DNA of 64,000 nt from Candidatus Eiseniibacteriota bacterium (GCA_963702435.1 CAVPCR010000004.1:512001-576000); one strand, 5' to 3'. Counted from the first letter of the stretch, positions 40,134 to 51,927 are shown. The notes: a model not told the origin generated them from the sequence alone. Numbers and translations: made by a program.

Positions 40134-40795
40134 GCGTGATCACCATCGAACGCAAGGTGCTCGAGAAGAACGACGCGATCGCCCAGTCGAACCGGGCGCT
40201 CCTCGCGCAGCACGGCATCTTCGCCGTGAACCTGGTCAGCTCGCCGGGGGCGGGGAAGACGAGTCTCATCGAGAGCATGCTCCAGCATCTCGCCGGCCGG
40301 CTCCGCGTCGCCGTCGTCGAGGGTGACGTGCAGACCGACCTCGATGCGCAACGCGTCGCGCGCTACCATGTGCCGGTCGTGCAGATCGTGACCAACGGCG
40401 CCTGCCATCTCGAGGCGCAGCTCGTCCGCGACGCGCTCTCGAACCTGGCGCTCGACCAGGTCGACTGCCTGATCGTCGAGAACGTGGGCAACCTTGTCTG
40501 TCCGGCCGGCTTCGACCTGGGCGAGGCGATGAAGGTGGCCATCCTGAGCGTGACCGAGGGCGACGACAAGCCGCTCAAGTATCCGGCCATGTTCCGGCAG
40601 GCCGCGGTGCTCGTCGTCAGCAAGATCGATCTCCTACCGTACGTGCCGTGCGACATGGCCCGGCTCAAGGCGAACGCGCTCCAGGTGAATCCCGAGCTCC
40701 GCATCTTCGAGACGTCGTGCACGACGGGGGCGGGCATTCCCGAATGGTCGAGCTGGCTCGCCAGCGCGAGCGCGCGCCTGCCCAGGGGCGCATGA
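40130..40795 (+). CDS. hypB: Hydrogenase nickel incorporation GTPase
   Basis: SSPGAGKT, ACHL, ENVGNLVCP, KPLKYP and SKIDL. Confidence 0.96.
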   Translation: MSVITIERKVLEKNDAIAQSNRALLAQHGIFAVNLVSSPGAGKTSLIESMLQHLAGRLRVAVVEGDVQTDLDAQRVARYHVPVVQIVTNGACHLEAQLVRDALSNLALDQVDCLIVENVGNLVCPAGFDLGEAMKVAILSVTEGDDKPLKYPAMFRQAAVLVVSKIDLLPYVPCDMARLKANALQVNPELRIFETSCTTGAGIPEWSSWLASASARLPRGA

Positions 40796-43161
40796 CCGCG
40801 GCGCCGGCACGGGCCCCGGCGCGGCTGCGCGCCGTCGTCCGCGGCGCGGTGCAGGGCGTCGGGTTCCGCCCCTTCGTCTACCGGATCGCGACCGCCCTCG
40901 ATCTCGCGGGCTGGGTCAAGAACTCGCCGGCCGGGGTCGTGATCGAGGTCGAGGGTGAGAAGGCGGTGCTCGATGCCTTCCTCCTCCGCCTCGCCGCCGA
41001 GGCGCCGCCGCGCGCCGTGATCCAGAGCCTCGAGTTCTCGTTCCTCGATCCGCGCGGCTACGCGGGGTTCGCGATCCGGGAGAGCGACGACACCGGCGCC
41101 GCGGGCGGCGCTCGTTCTCCCCGACATCGCGACCTGCGCCGAGTGCCGCGCCGAGATCTTCGATCCCGCAGCGCGCCGCCATCGCTATCCGTTCACCAAC
41201 TGCACGCACTGCGGGCCGCGTTTCACGATCATCGAGGCCCTGCCCTACGACCGGCCGGCCACCGCGATGAAGGGCTTCCCCCTGTGCGCTGACTGTCGGC
41301 ACGAGTACGAGGATCCGGCCGACCGCCGTTTCCACGCGCAGCCGATCGCCTGCCCCGCCTGCGGGCCCGAGCTTGCGCTGTGGGATGGGGAAGGTCACCC
41401 GCTCGCCGCGCGCGAGGACGGCGCTCGCCGGCGCGGTGCGCGCCCTCGCAGCGGGCGAGATCGTGGCCATCAAGGGGCTCGGCGGGTTCCATCTCATGGT
41501 GGATGCGCTCGACGAATCGGCGGTGCGCGCGGCTCCGCGCGCGGAAGCACCGCGAGGAGAAGCCGCTCGCCCTCCTCTATCCGGATCTCGAGCGCGTGCG
41601 CGCCGACTGCGCCGTGTCGCCGTTCGAGGAGCGGCTGCTTCTCTCGCCCGAGTCGCCGATCGTGCTTCTCGCGCGGCGGCCGGAGGCGCGCGTGGCGGCG
41701 GGGGTCGCGCCGCGGAATCCGTACCTCGGCGTCATGCTGCCGTCGAATCCGCTCCACCATCTCCTCATGCACGACCTCGGCCGGCCGGTGGTGGCGACGA
41801 GCGGGAACCTCTCCGACGAGCCGATCGCGACCGACGAGCACGAGGCGCTCGCGCGCCTCGGCGGGATCGCCGATCGCTTTCTCGTGCACGATCGCCCGAT
41901 CGTGCGCCATGTGGACGACTCGATCGTGCGGGTCATCCTGGGGCGCGAGCTCGTGCTCCGGCGCGCCCGCGGCTACGCGCCGCTCCCGCTCGCGCTCGCC
42001 GCGCCCTCACCCGTCCCGCTTCTTGCCGTCGGCGCCCATCTCAAGAACACAGTGGCGCTCGCCGCGGGCGCGAACCTCTTCGTGAGCCAGCACATCGGCG
42101 ATCTCGAGAACGCCGCGGCGCTGGCCGCCTTCCGGCGGAGCGCCGAGAGCCTGATCGCGCTGTACGCGGCGCCTCCCGAGCGCGTGGTCGCCGATCTCCA
42201 TCCCGACTACCTGTCGACGCGCTACGCGCGCGAGACGGGACTCCCGCTCATGCAGGTCCAGCACCACCACGCGCACATCGCGGCGTGCATGGCCGAGAAC
42301 GAGCTCACGGGGTCGGTGCTCGGGGTATCGTGGGACGGCACGGGCTACGGCCCGGACGGCACCGTGTGGGGTGGCGAGTTCCTGCTGACGGACGCCGCGT
42401 CGTTCGAGCGTGTGGCGGCGCTCCTCCCATTCCGCCTCCCGGGCGGCGAGCGCGCGGTGCGCGAGCCGCGGCGCTCGGCGCTCGGGGCGCTCCATGCGCT
42501 CCTCGGCGACGAGGTCTTCGCGCGGCCCGATCTGGCGCCGGTCGCGGCCTTCACGGCCGCCGAGCGCGCGCTCCTCCGGCAGATGCTCGCGAAGGGGATC
42601 CAGTCGCCGCTCACCTCGAGCGCCGGGCGCCTCTTCGATGCGGTCGCGTCCGTGCTCGACCTGCGGCAGGTGGGGCATTTCGAGGGGCAGCCCGCCATGG
42701 AGCTCGAGTTCGTCGTAGCGCCGCCGGCAGACCCGGGCGCCGTGGAGCCGTATCCCTTCTCGTTGATTGAGCAGCCCTCTCCGGGTGATCATGGAGCGAT
42801 GGCGCCCCGCTTCCACCTGGACTGGCGGCCGCTCCTCGCCGCGATCCTCGCCGATCGGACGCGCGGCATCGCGGCCGGGACGATCGCCTATCGCTTCCAC
42901 GATACGCTGGCCGCGGCGATCGCCGCCGTGGCCGAGCGCGCCGGCGAGGAACGGGTCGTTCTCTCCGGCGGTTGCTTCCAGAACCGGGTGCTCGTCGAGC
43001 GCACGGTGGCCCGGCTCGCGGCCGGCGGGTTCCGGCCCTACTGGCACCAGCGCTTTCCACCCAATGACGGCGGAATCGCGCTCGGGCAGGCGTATGCGGC
43101 GCTCGCCGCGCTCGCCGCAGCCCGCCCGGGCGCCGGCGTCGCGCCGGCAGCAAGGAGCTGA
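40792..43161 (+). CDS. hypF: Carbamoyltransferase HypF (three +1 frameshifts at about 41100, 41420 and 41527)
   Basis: [10 protein letters not shown], Zn fingers CAEC/CTHCGPR/CADC/CPACGP, KGLGGFH, TSGNLS, QHHHAH and PPNDGG spread over successive frames. Confidence 0.92.
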
Positions 43162-43166
43162 CGATC

Positions 43167-43466
43167 ATGTGTCTCGCGGTTCCAGGGAAGATCCTGAGCG
43201 TGAGCGGGAGCGATCCGCTGCTCAGGAGCGGCCGAGTCGACTTCGCGGGGATCGTGCGCGAGGTGAATCTCGCCTGCGTGCCCGAGGCGGTGATCGGCGA
43301 CTACGTGCTCGTCCACGTCGGAGTCGCGATCAGCGTGATCGAGGCGGAGGAGGCGGCCGAGGTCTTCGCCTATCTCAAGGAGATGGGAGACCTCGCCGAG
43401 CTCGAGTTCGACGACGAGCGCCGCGGAGGGAAGACCGGAGAGGCGACCGGAGAGCCGCCGGCATGA
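43167..43466 (+). CDS. hypC: Hydrogenase assembly chaperone
   Basis: MCLAVPG and GDYVLVHVG. Confidence 0.96.
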   Translation: MCLAVPGKILSVSGSDPLLRSGRVDFAGIVREVNLACVPEAVIGDYVLVHVGVAISVIEAEEAAEVFAYLKEMGDLAELEFDDERRGGKTGEATGEPPA

Positions 43467-44588
43467 AGTTCGTCGACGAGTACCGGGACGCGCGCGCCGC
43501 CGCCCGCTATGCCCGCGCGATCGCGCGGCTCACCACCCGGCCGTGGAAGATCATGGAGATCTGCGGGGGGCAGACGCATGCGATCGTCAAGTTCGGGGTC
43601 GATGAGCTGCTGCCAGGCCAGATCACGCTCGTGCATGGGCCGGGGTGTCCCGTGTGCGTGACCCCGGTCGAGCTGATCGAGAAGGCGCTCGAGATCGCGG
43701 CGCGGCCGGAGGTCATCTTCTGCTCGTTCGGCGACATGTTGCGGGTCCCGGGCATCTCGCGCGACCTCTTCTCCGTGAAGGCCGCCGGCGGCGACGTGCG
43801 CATCGTCTACTCGCCGCTCGATGCGCTCCGCCTCGCGGGCGAGAACACGCGGGCGCGAGGTCGTCTTCTTCGCGGTCGGCTTCGAGACGACTGCACCGGC
43901 CAACGCCATGGCCGTCGCGCAGGCCGCGGCCGCCGGGATCACCAACTTCTCCCTCCTCGTCTCCCACGTGCTGGTGCCGCCGGCGATGGAGGCGATCCTC
44001 TCGTCGCCGACGAACCGCGTGCAGGGCTTCCTCGCCGCCGGCCACGTCTGCACGGTCATGGGCTACGACCGAGTACGAGCCGCATCGCCCGCCGCTACCG
44101 GGTGCCGATCGTGGTCACCGGCTTCGAGCCGCTCGACATCCTGCAGGGGATCGCCATGTGCATCCGCCAGCTCGAGACGGGGCGCGCCGAGGTGGAGAAC
44201 CAGTACGCGCGGGCGGTGCGGCGGGACGGGAACCGGCCCGCGCAGGAGCTGATTCGCCAGGTCTTCCGGGTCGTGCCGCGGAAGTGGCGCGGGGTGGGGG
44301 AGATCCCGGCGAGCGGTCTCGGGCTCCGGCGCCGAGTACGCGGCGTTCGACGCCGAGACGCGCTTCGGGGTCGCCGATCGCACGGCCGAGGAATCGCCCG
44401 AGTGCAAGAGCGGGCTTGTCCTCCAGGGGGTGCTCAAGCCGCACGAGTGCCCGGCCTTCGGCGCGAGCTGCACGCCCGAGCATCCGCTCGGCGCGACCAT
44501 GGTCTCGACCGAGGGCGCCTGCGCCGCGTACTACCGCTACCGGCGCTACCATCCCGCTCCCGCTGCAACTGCCGCGAGTACGTCATGA
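43463..44588 (+). CDS. hypD: Hydrogenase formation protein HypD (four +1 frameshifts at about 43850, 44070, 44082 and 44330)
   Basis: [33 protein letters not shown] and [18 protein letters not shown] across frames. Confidence 0.92.
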
Positions 44589-45643
44589 GTGAGGAGCGTC
44601 CGGTCGTCTTCCAGTGCCCGATCCCGATCCAGCAGTATCCGCAGATCCTCCTCGCGCACGGGGGCGGCGGCGCGCTGATGCGGGACCTGATCGAGAAGAT
44701 GTTCGTGCCCCTGTTCGCGAACGCGGAGCTTGCGGCCCGGCACGACGGCGCGCTCCTCACGCCACCACCGGGCCGGCTCGCCTTCACCACCGACTCCTAC
44801 GTGGTCCGCCCGCTCTTCTTCCCCGGCGGCGACATCGGAAGCCTGGCCGTCAACGGCACGGTGAACGATCTCGCCATGTGCGGCGCCCGCCCGCGCTGGC
44901 TCTCAGCGCCGCGTTCATCATCGAGGAAGGGCTCGCCATGGAGACCCTGTGGCGGGTCGTCCGCTCGATGCAGGAGGCGGCCGCCGCGGCCCAGGTCACC
45001 CTCGTCACCGGCGACACCAAGGTAGTGGATCGCGGGAAGGGCGACGGGCTCTTCGTCGACGACCGCGGGCATCGGCACGGTCGAGCACGCGCTCTCGATC
45101 GCGCCGGCGAGCGTCCGACCCGGCGACGCGATCCTCCTCTCCGGCGACATCGGCCGGCACGGCATCGCGATCATGGCGGTCCGCGAGGGGCTCGCCTTCG
45201 AGAGCGTGGTCGAGAGCGACTGCGCGCCGCTCGCGCCGCCCGTCGCCGCGCTCCTCGAAGCAGGAGTCGATGTGCACTGCCTCCGCGATCTCACCCGCGG
45301 CGGGCTCGCCAGCGCGCTCGTCGAGATCGCGACGACCGCCGGGCTCCACGTGCATATCGAGGAGCGCGCCATCCCGGCGCGCGAGGATGTGCGCGGGGCC
45401 TGCGAGGTACTCGGCCTCGATCCGCTCTACGTGGCGAATGAGGGCCGCTTCGTCGCCTTGGTCGCGCCCGCCGATGCCGCGCGCGCTCTCTCCATCCTCC
45501 GCGCGCATCCGGTGTCGAGCGGAGCAGTCCCGATCGGCAGCGTGACCGCCGAGCCACGCGGGCTCGTCACCATGAAGAGCGCGATCGGCGCGACGCGGAT
45601 CGTGGATCTCCTCTCCGGCGAGCAGCTCCCGCGCATCTGCTAG
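44585..45643 (+). CDS. hypE: Carbamoyl dehydratase HypE (frameshifts at about 44903 and 45060)
   Basis: AHGGGG, FTTDS, GTVNDL, GDTKVV, RDLTRGG and C-terminal LPRIC. Confidence 0.92.
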
Positions 45644-45690
45644 CGCGCGTTCCGGCCAGTCGGCGCGTCACGCTTCGGCGGCGGGCGCCG

Positions 45691-45933
45691 GCCGGCTCGA
45701 ACAGTCCGCGCCCGTCCGCGATCCTCCGCGAAGACTTTGCCGCCCCGAGCACTGAGGGCGGGCTGCGGAACTCGCCGGCCTCCGCGCCCGTCCGCCTCGC
45801 GCTCCGCGTCCTGGCGCAGGGACGGGCGACGCGAACTGCCCTCGCAGGCGAGTTTCGCCGGCCGGCTCCCAGGTTCATCTATGCCCGTGCGCCCGCCGGA
45901 CGGCGAGTGTTTGAGCCGGCGAGGGCAGTCGCG
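45691..45933. repeat. Structured intergenic repeat element (multiple inverted and direct repeats)
   Basis: Inverted pairs GCCGGCTCGAACA / TGTTTGAGCCGGC and CTGCCCTCGC / GCGAGGGCAG; direct repeat TCCGCGCCCGTCCGC at 45705 and 45781. Confidence 0.5.
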
Positions 45934-45998
45934 AAGCCCGGTCCTTAGGCCAGCGCCCGACGCCGGCGTCCGCTGCCGGCGCCCGCCGCCGCGGGAGC

Positions 45999-46349
45999 TC
46001 AGCACCCGTCGGACTTGCCGACGATGCGCAGCAAGGGGCCCGCGGGCTCGAAGGCGAACAGCGCCGCGAGCTCCGGCTCGAGCTCGTCCCGGAGGCGGTC
46101 CCAGAAGGGCTCCATGCCGGTCCGGAAGAGATGACCGCGGAACGGCGCGCCGCTCACCGTCCATCACAGCCGGGACCAGGTCTCCGGGTCAACCAGTCGA
46201 ACGGCGGATTGAACCGCGAGCGGATGAGGAGCGTGAGGTAGAGGGTGAGGGGGATGGCTGCGAATGGCTGCGAGCGTGGCGGCCAGGGCCGCGGTCGCCA
46301 GGTGCGGGCGCTCGCGCCGAGCGGCGGATCCGAGGACGACGTAGGCCAC
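45999..46349 (-). pseudogene. Degraded internal fragment of a DUF2723-like glycosyltransferase
   Basis: Stitched frames read LTLYLTLLIRSRFNPPFDW/DPETWSRL*WTVSGAPFRGHLF, resembling the DUF2723 segment YLPLR..NPP.NWGDP.TW..F; contains frameshifts and an in-frame TGA. Confidence 0.45.
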
Positions 46350-46358
46350 GGGGCGCGG

Positions 46359-47333
46359 CTAGGCGGAGGGCGCGCGATCGGGCTCGCTGGGCGCGCCGCG
46401 TATTTCTGCGATACGACGGAGAATCTCGCGCTCCTCGGCGCTCAGATCGTCGGGCACCGTGATCTCGACCTCGGCCAGGTGATCGCCGCGCCGGCCGTCC
46501 TTCGCCTCGATGCCCGCTCCGGCCAGGCGCAGCACGCGGCCGCCGGGAGTGCCGGCCGGGACGGTGAGACGGGTGCGGCCGCGGAGCGTCTTGACCTCGA
46601 CCGTGCCGCCGAGCGCGGCGACCCAGAACGGGACGGGGATCCGGCTCTTCACATCGAGTCCGTCGCGCGCGAGCTCGGGATCGGCGGCGACGCGGAGGGT
46701 GACATAGAGGTTGCCCGGCGTGCCGGGTCCCTCCGGATCGTTGCCGCGGCCGCGGAAGCGGAGCACCTGTCCATCGGTGGCTCCCGGGTCGAGCCGGACG
46801 CGCAGGGTCTCCGCGGCCGGCTCGCGCTCACCGCCCGCGGTGCGCCGGAGCCGCTCGTAGCGGATGGTCTTGGTGGCGCCGCGCGCAGCCTCGAGAAAAC
46901 CGAGGTCGAGCGCGAAACGGAGGTCCTCGCCGCGATCCGGGGCCCTGCCGAAGGGTTCTTCCGCGAACTCCTCGGGACCGAAGCGGACGCGGCGGCGGCG
47001 CGCGCGCCCGCCGAAGGGCGATCCCTGTGCGCCGAAGAGGTCGGCGAAGATGTCGCCGAAGCTGGCGTAGATGTCCTCGGTCGACGTGAAGCCGCGAAAG
47101 CCCATGTCCTCGACGCCCGACCGCCCCCGCTGATCGTAGGCCTGGCGCTTCGCCGGATCGCTCAGCACCTCGTAGGCGTTCGACGCCTCCTTGAAACGTT
47201 CCTCGGCCGCCTTGTCCCCGGGGTTCTTGTCCGGGTGGTACCGGAGGGCGAGGCGGCGGTAGGCCTTCTTGATGTTCTCCGGAGAGGCATCGTGCGCCAC
47301 CTCGAGCACCTCGTAGTAGTCCCGTTCAGCCAT
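46359..47333 (-). CDS. DnaJ-class (CbpA-like, no zinc finger) co-chaperone
   Basis: DYYEVL, YHPDKN and a G/F region; C-terminal [10 protein letters not shown] and AALGGTVEV; no CxxCxGxG. Confidence 0.92.
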   Translation of the reverse strand: MAERDYYEVLEVAHDASPENIKKAYRRLALRYHPDKNPGDKAAEERFKEASNAYEVLSDPAKRQAYDQRGRSGVEDMGFRGFTSTEDIYASFGDIFADLFGAQGSPFGGRARRRRVRFGPEEFAEEPFGRAPDRGEDLRFALDLGFLEAARGATKTIRYERLRRTAGGEREPAAETLRVRLDPGATDGQVLRFRGRGNDPEGPGTPGNLYVTLRVAADPELARDGLDVKSRIPVPFWVAALGGTVEVKTLRGRTRLTVPAGTPGGRVLRLAGAGIEAKDGRRGDHLAEVEITVPDDLSAEEREILRRIAEIRGAPSEPDRAPSA

Positions 47334-47401
47334 GGCGTGAGTGTAACGGAATCCGTCTCGTTTCGAGTCAGCGGGGAACGGCGGTCGGCGCAGTGGCGGC
47401 A

Positions 47402-47461
47402 CCCGCGGTCGCCCGCCGCCGCCCGCGGTCGCCCGCCGCCGCCCGCGGTCGCCTACCGCCG
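47402..47461. repeat. 20-bp tandem repeat x3 (CCCGCGGTCGCCCGCCGCCG)
   Basis: Seen directly in the divergent intergenic region between the DnaJ-class gene and cheA; no spacers. Confidence 0.85.
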
Positions 47462-47508
47462 CCCGGCCCCCCCCGGTGCGGCCGGCGGCGCCCCGACCGC
47501 CGCGGTGA

Positions 47509-47535
47509 ATGAGTTCGCCCGGCAAATGACGATAA
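47509..47535 (+). promoter_or_regulatory. Possible sigma28 (FliA) promoter of the che cluster
   Basis: ATGAGTTC-N11-GACGATAA versus consensus TAAAGTTT-N11-GCCGATAA. Confidence 0.4.
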
Positions 47536-47585
47536 CGGTTCCGAGAGGCGAACACGGTCCGGTCACCCGCCGGCATCGCACATCC

Positions 47586-49574
47586 ATGGACGAATCGAAC
47601 GCCCCCTTTCTCACCGAGTTCCTGAGCTCGGCCGAGGATCTCGTCGCGCGCCTGGCGGCGGAGCTCGAGACGCTCCGTGCCGATGCGGAGGGCGGACGCG
47701 ATCTGACGCCGCTCCTTCGCGGTTTCCACTCGCTCAAGGGCAACAGCTCGTTCATTCCGGACTGCCCGTTGACGCCGCTCGCGCACGCCGCCGAGGACGC
47801 GATCGAGGCGGCGCGGGACGGGTTCGTCGCCCCGGCGCGTCTGCTCGAGCCGCTCCGCACGGCGCTCGACTGCTGCGAGATGCGTCTTGCCGAGTATCGC
47901 CGGGCAGGCACGGTCGCGCCGATGACGCCGCGCGAGGGGGAGATCGCGGCCGCGCTCGCCCGACTCGCCACGGCCGACGGCGAGCGGGCCGGCATCACAT
48001 CCCGCTACTTCTTTGCCGGGGCGGACGTGACCGATGCGCTCGGCGACCTCCATCAGGCGGAGCTCGGCCGGCTCGATCCGATCCGGCTCGACGCGCTCCG
48101 CGATCGCCTGCGCGAGCTGGCCGCGGCCGGCGGGGCCAGCGGTTCGACCGAGCTCGACCGGGATCGCACGATCGATCCGCGCGCGCTCATGCGCTGGCTG
48201 GCCGAGCGCGCGGTGCGGGTGCCGGTGGCCAAGGGCAGCGCGCCGCTCCTCCAGCGCGCCGGTCCGGGCTGGGAGGCGGCGCGTGGCGAGCTCCTGCCGC
48301 GGCACTTCACGATCGAGGCCGACACGGCCGACGAGTTCCTCGAGCATGCCGTCGAGCTGCGCCTGTTCGGCGAGCGGCTGGCGCGCCTCGACCGGACGCT
48401 GCGCGAGCTGGTCGAGGGGCCCGCCGGGCGCGCGGCGCGCACCGAGCGCACCGAGTACCGCGAGCTCGATCAGCTCGCCGCGGAGCTGCGGGCGGCCCAT
48501 CATGCCTTCGCGCCGCTGGCCGCCCGCCTCCAAGAGCGCCTGCTGGCCATCCGCCGGGTGCCGGTCAAGCGGCTCCTCGATCGCCACGCCGCGCTGATCC
48601 GGGATCTGGCCCCGCGCCTGGGCAAGGAGGTGACGGTCGCCGTGGTCGGCGGAGCCATCCGGGCCGACAAGAGCATCGTCGAGCAGCTCGAGCCGCCGCT
48701 CACGCACCTGGTGCGAAACGCGGTCGATCACGGGCTCGAGACACCGGCCGAGCGGGCGGCCCGGAGCAAGGCGGCCCGCGGGTCCATCACGCTCCGGGCC
48801 ACGAGCGAGGGCCAGTGGTTCGTGCTCGAGGTCGCCGACGACGGAGCGGGAATCGACGCCACGGCGCTTCGCCGCTCGGCGGTCGAGCGTGGATTCCTCG
48901 ATGGAGCGACCGCTGCCGGGATGACGGACGAGCAGATCATCCAGCTCGTCTTCCTGCCGGGCCTGAGCGCGCGACGCGAGGTGAACGAGCTCTCCGGCCG
49001 CGGGGTCGGCATGGACGAGGTGTTCGCCACGGTGCGCCAGCTGCGCGGCACCATCAGCATCGACAGCGAGCGCGGGCAGGGGACGCGCTTCATCATCAAG
49101 GTTCCCGACACCGGGTTCGCCGTGGTGCGCTGCGTCCCGGTGCGCGTGGGCGAGCTCCGCTTTCTCATCCCGCACGACGCTACGCGCCGCTGGACCGAAG
49201 CGGACTTCGATCCCGAACGCGACGGGCCGCTCCTCGAGCTGGCCCAGGTCGCTCCTCAACTGGGGAGCGAGTGGCTCGAGCGCGGCCCCGGCCGCCAGGC
49301 GGCCGCCCGCGCCCGCGGGGCCGGCCGGCGTCTCATCGTCGTGCTCGAGAGCGGCGGGCGCCGCTTCGCCCTGCATCTGGACGAGGTCGGCAGCGAGATG
49401 GATGTGGTCGTCCGTCCGCTCGATCGAGATCTGGTCCGTGCGTCCCTGTGGTCGATGGCGGCGCTCGGCGCGGCGGGCGAGACCCAGCTCGTGCTCGATG
49501 TGGACGGGCTGGCAGCGCTCCTGCCGGTGGCGCGCGTGCGCCCGCTCTCCCCTGTGTTGCCGGAGGCGGCATGA
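47586..49574 (+). CDS. cheA: CheA-like chemosensory histidine kinase
   Basis: Hpt motif [31 protein letters not shown] and a C-terminal CheW-like domain. Confidence 0.9.
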   Translation: MDESNAPFLTEFLSSAEDLVARLAAELETLRADAEGGRDLTPLLRGFHSLKGNSSFIPDCPLTPLAHAAEDAIEAARDGFVAPARLLEPLRTALDCCEMRLAEYRRAGTVAPMTPREGEIAAALARLATADGERAGITSRYFFAGADVTDALGDLHQAELGRLDPIRLDALRDRLRELAAAGGASGSTELDRDRTIDPRALMRWLAERAVRVPVAKGSAPLLQRAGPGWEAARGELLPRHFTIEADTADEFLEHAVELRLFGERLARLDRTLRELVEGPAGRAARTERTEYRELDQLAAELRAAHHAFAPLAARLQERLLAIRRVPVKRLLDRHAALIRDLAPRLGKEVTVAVVGGAIRADKSIVEQLEPPLTHLVRNAVDHGLETPAERAARSKAARGSITLRATSEGQWFVLEVADDGAGIDATALRRSAVERGFLDGATAAGMTDEQIIQLVFLPGLSARREVNELSGRGVGMDEVFATVRQLRGTISIDSERGQGTRFIIKVPDTGFAVVRCVPVRVGELRFLIPHDATRRWTEADFDPERDGPLLELAQVAPQLGSEWLERGPGRQAAARARGAGRRLIVVLESGGRRFALHLDEVGSEMDVVVRPLDRDLVRASLWSMAALGAAGETQLVLDVDGLAALLPVARVRPLSPVLPEAA

Positions 49575-50050
49575 ACGACCAGCACGATGCGAACGACGAC
49601 CGGAGCGACGGCCGGGGTCACCGGACGCGCCTGCTCTGGTTCGAGGTATCCGGATCGGCCCTGGCGCTTCCGGTCGAGCAGGTGCTCGAGATCCGGGCGC
49701 CCGGTCGCTATGTGGCGGTGCCGGGCGCGCCGCGCGAGGTGCTCGGGCTCATCCAGCATCGCGGCCGCATGATCCCCGTGATCGATCTCGCCGAGCGGGT
49801 CGGCGGCACGAGCTGGGATGCGGAATCGGGGCGCTCCGCCGGGGCTGTCCTCATCGTCGAGACGAGCGAACGGGGCGGGCGGAGAGCGTGCGCCCTGGCC
49901 GTCGACCGCGTGTCCGGCGTGCGCGAGCACGCGACCGACGATGCCGGGGGCGAGATGGCCGGCTCGATCCTCGATCTGGCCGCGGTCTTCGGCGCCCGGG
50001 CCGCGAATCCGGGAGCGGCGGCGGCCGCTGCGGCCGGCATGACGCGGTGA
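49571..50050 (+). CDS. cheW: CheW coupling protein
   Basis: [33 protein letters not shown] and LAVDRV. Confidence 0.9.
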   Translation: MNDQHDANDDRSDGRGHRTRLLWFEVSGSALALPVEQVLEIRAPGRYVAVPGAPREVLGLIQHRGRMIPVIDLAERVGGTSWDAESGRSAGAVLIVETSERGGRRACALAVDRVSGVREHATDDAGGEMAGSILDLAAVFGARAANPGAAAAAAAGMTR

Positions 50051-50107
50051 GCGGGGACGGGGGAGATGGACATCGCGAGAATCAAGTAAGGGACGAGGAC
50101 CGAAATC

Positions 50108-51835
50108 ATGCAAGCGAGGCTCAAGCTCCGTGTCGTGGCCGGCCAGGTGCTCCTCCTGGTCCTGATCGGTGTTGTCTGCTGCTACGGACTCTGGCTCAAC
50201 CATGCCATGCGTCGGGAGACGCAGGCGCTGGGACGCGGCACCGTGACGGTGGCGAAGCTCCTCGATCGCACCGCAGCGCGTCTCGAGGACCTCCGGCACC
50301 TGCTCGTCGCCGAGCACGGCGCAGCGGACGGGCCGGCCGGCGAGGCCCGGGCCGGCGATGCCAGCGGCGAGCGCCAGGACGATGAGGTGGCGGCCGTGCT
50401 CGTGGCCGTCGAAGTCTCCCAGCTCATGACCCGCGGGCGCGCCCTGGTGGCGGACCTGATCGAGAAGGAGAAGGCCGCTCATCTATATGCGGTGGGGGTC
50501 GAGCTCGATGCGCTCGCGCGGAGCCATCAGCGGATCCAGCAGCGGATCGCGGCGGCGCGGAGCCTGGGTCGGCCCGACGACGTCGGGCCGCTCATCGCGG
50601 AGATCGATGACGAGCGCCAGCGGACGGATGCCCTCTCCGATCAGGTGGTCGAACTCTGGCAGCGGCAGCTCGAAGCCAGGATCGGCGCGGCCGGCCAGAA
50701 TCTCCTGATCGTGGCCGTCGTCGTCATGCTTGCCGGCGTGCTCGGCTGCCTGGCCGGCTGGCGCGGGGCCGGTGCCAGCGAGATCATGCTGCGCCGCGCG
50801 CGGAACGATCTCGAGACCATCGCCGATCGCGTGGCGACGAGCGCCACCATCCTGAGCCACTCGAGCACCGAACTCGCCGTGCGCACCGAGATGCAGGCCT
50901 CGCAGCTCGAAACCGCGGCCGTCTCCCTCGCCGCGGTGACCGATCGCACCATGCACGCGCGGGCGGCCGGGGAGGCTTCGAGCCTGGTCGCCGAGGCGCG
51001 GACGCAGGCGGGTCGGGTGAGCGAGGACATGGATCAAATGGCGGTCGCCATGGACGAGATCGCCGCCGCCAGCAACGCCATCCTCGACATGATGCACATG
51101 ATCGACGACATCGCTCGCGAGACCAACATCCTGGCCTTGAACGCCGCGGTCGAGGCGGCGCGCGCCGGCGAGGCCGGGCGCGGGTTCGCGGTCGTCGCCG
51201 AGCGCGTGCGGTCGCTCGCCGAGCGGGCGGCCGAGGCCGGACAGCTCACCGAGCGGCGGATCCAGGAGACACGGGCCCGGGTCCAGCGCGGGCGCGATGC
51301 CGTGGTGCGCACGAGCACCGCGGTGACCGGGATCGGCGGCTCGGTGGACCGTACGCAGCGCCTGCTCGAGAGCATCGTGAGTCTCTCGCGCGAGCAGGAG
51401 GAAGTGATCGGCAAGGTGTCGGCCGCGCTCAACGATCTCGACCGCGACATGCGCGCGCTCGACGGCGTCGAAGCGCCGGCGGCGCGGGCCGCCGCTCTCC
51501 GGCGCGACGTCGAGAGCATCGGGGCCTGCATGGCGTCCTTGTCCGCTCTGCTCGGACATCCCGCGCGGGCCGGGCGCGCGGGCGCGACCGAGGTGACAGC
51601 CGGGAACCCGACGAGCGCCGGCCGCGGGCCCTCGGAGCCGGTGGTCCCCGCGGCCCCGGACGGCGCGGTGAAGGCGATGTGGGCGCCGTCCTCTCCGCCG
51701 CCGGAGCGGGCCATGCCGCCCCAGCCTACGAACGCGGCGGAGGCCGAAGCTCTTGCCACCCGCCTCCGCGCGCTCTCCCTGCCCGCGCCAGCGCAGGGGG
51801 AGGGCCGCCAAGCGGATGGCGCCCGGGCGGCCTGA
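50108..51835 (+). CDS. Methyl-accepting chemotaxis protein
   Basis: Two TM helices; signalling tip [33 protein letters not shown]. Confidence 0.92.
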   Translation: MQARLKLRVVAGQVLLLVLIGVVCCYGLWLNHAMRRETQALGRGTVTVAKLLDRTAARLEDLRHLLVAEHGAADGPAGEARAGDASGERQDDEVAAVLVAVEVSQLMTRGRALVADLIEKEKAAHLYAVGVELDALARSHQRIQQRIAAARSLGRPDDVGPLIAEIDDERQRTDALSDQVVELWQRQLEARIGAAGQNLLIVAVVVMLAGVLGCLAGWRGAGASEIMLRRARNDLETIADRVATSATILSHSSTELAVRTEMQASQLETAAVSLAAVTDRTMHARAAGEASSLVAEARTQAGRVSEDMDQMAVAMDEIAAASNAILDMMHMIDDIARETNILALNAAVEAARAGEAGRGFAVVAERVRSLAERAAEAGQLTERRIQETRARVQRGRDAVVRTSTAVTGIGGSVDRTQRLLESIVSLSREQEEVIGKVSAALNDLDRDMRALDGVEAPAARAAALRRDVESIGACMASLSALLGHPARAGRAGATEVTAGNPTSAGRGPSEPVVPAAPDGAVKAMWAPSSPPPERAMPPQPTNAAEAEALATRLRALSLPAPAQGEGRQADGARAA

Positions 51836-51889
51836 CGGGCCGGTGCCGCGGCGCGCCGCCTGCTCGTCGTGCATCGCCAACCCTTTGCC

Positions 51890-51927
51890 CCATTGACTCT
51901 TAAGCATCATCAATGGTATGATGTCAA
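51890..51927 (+). promoter_or_regulatory. Sigma70-like promoter overlapped by a palindromic operator
   Basis: TTGACT-N18-TATGAT with extended TG; inverted repeat CCATTGA-N13-TCAATGG. Confidence 0.55.

Noticed and set aside
41090..45070. Programmed ribosomal frameshifting or phase variation in hyp genes
   Set aside because: There are too many shifts per gene, with no slippery heptamers or long simple repeats.
46164..46166. In-frame TGA as selenocysteine or recoded Trp
   Set aside because: It lies in a frameshifted fragment, TGA is a normal stop throughout the window, and the hydrogenase L2 motif uses Cys.
47402..47461. Tandem repeats (also 17660-17710 and 56269-56328) as CRISPR arrays
   Set aside because: The units are contiguous with no unique spacers, and no cas genes are present.
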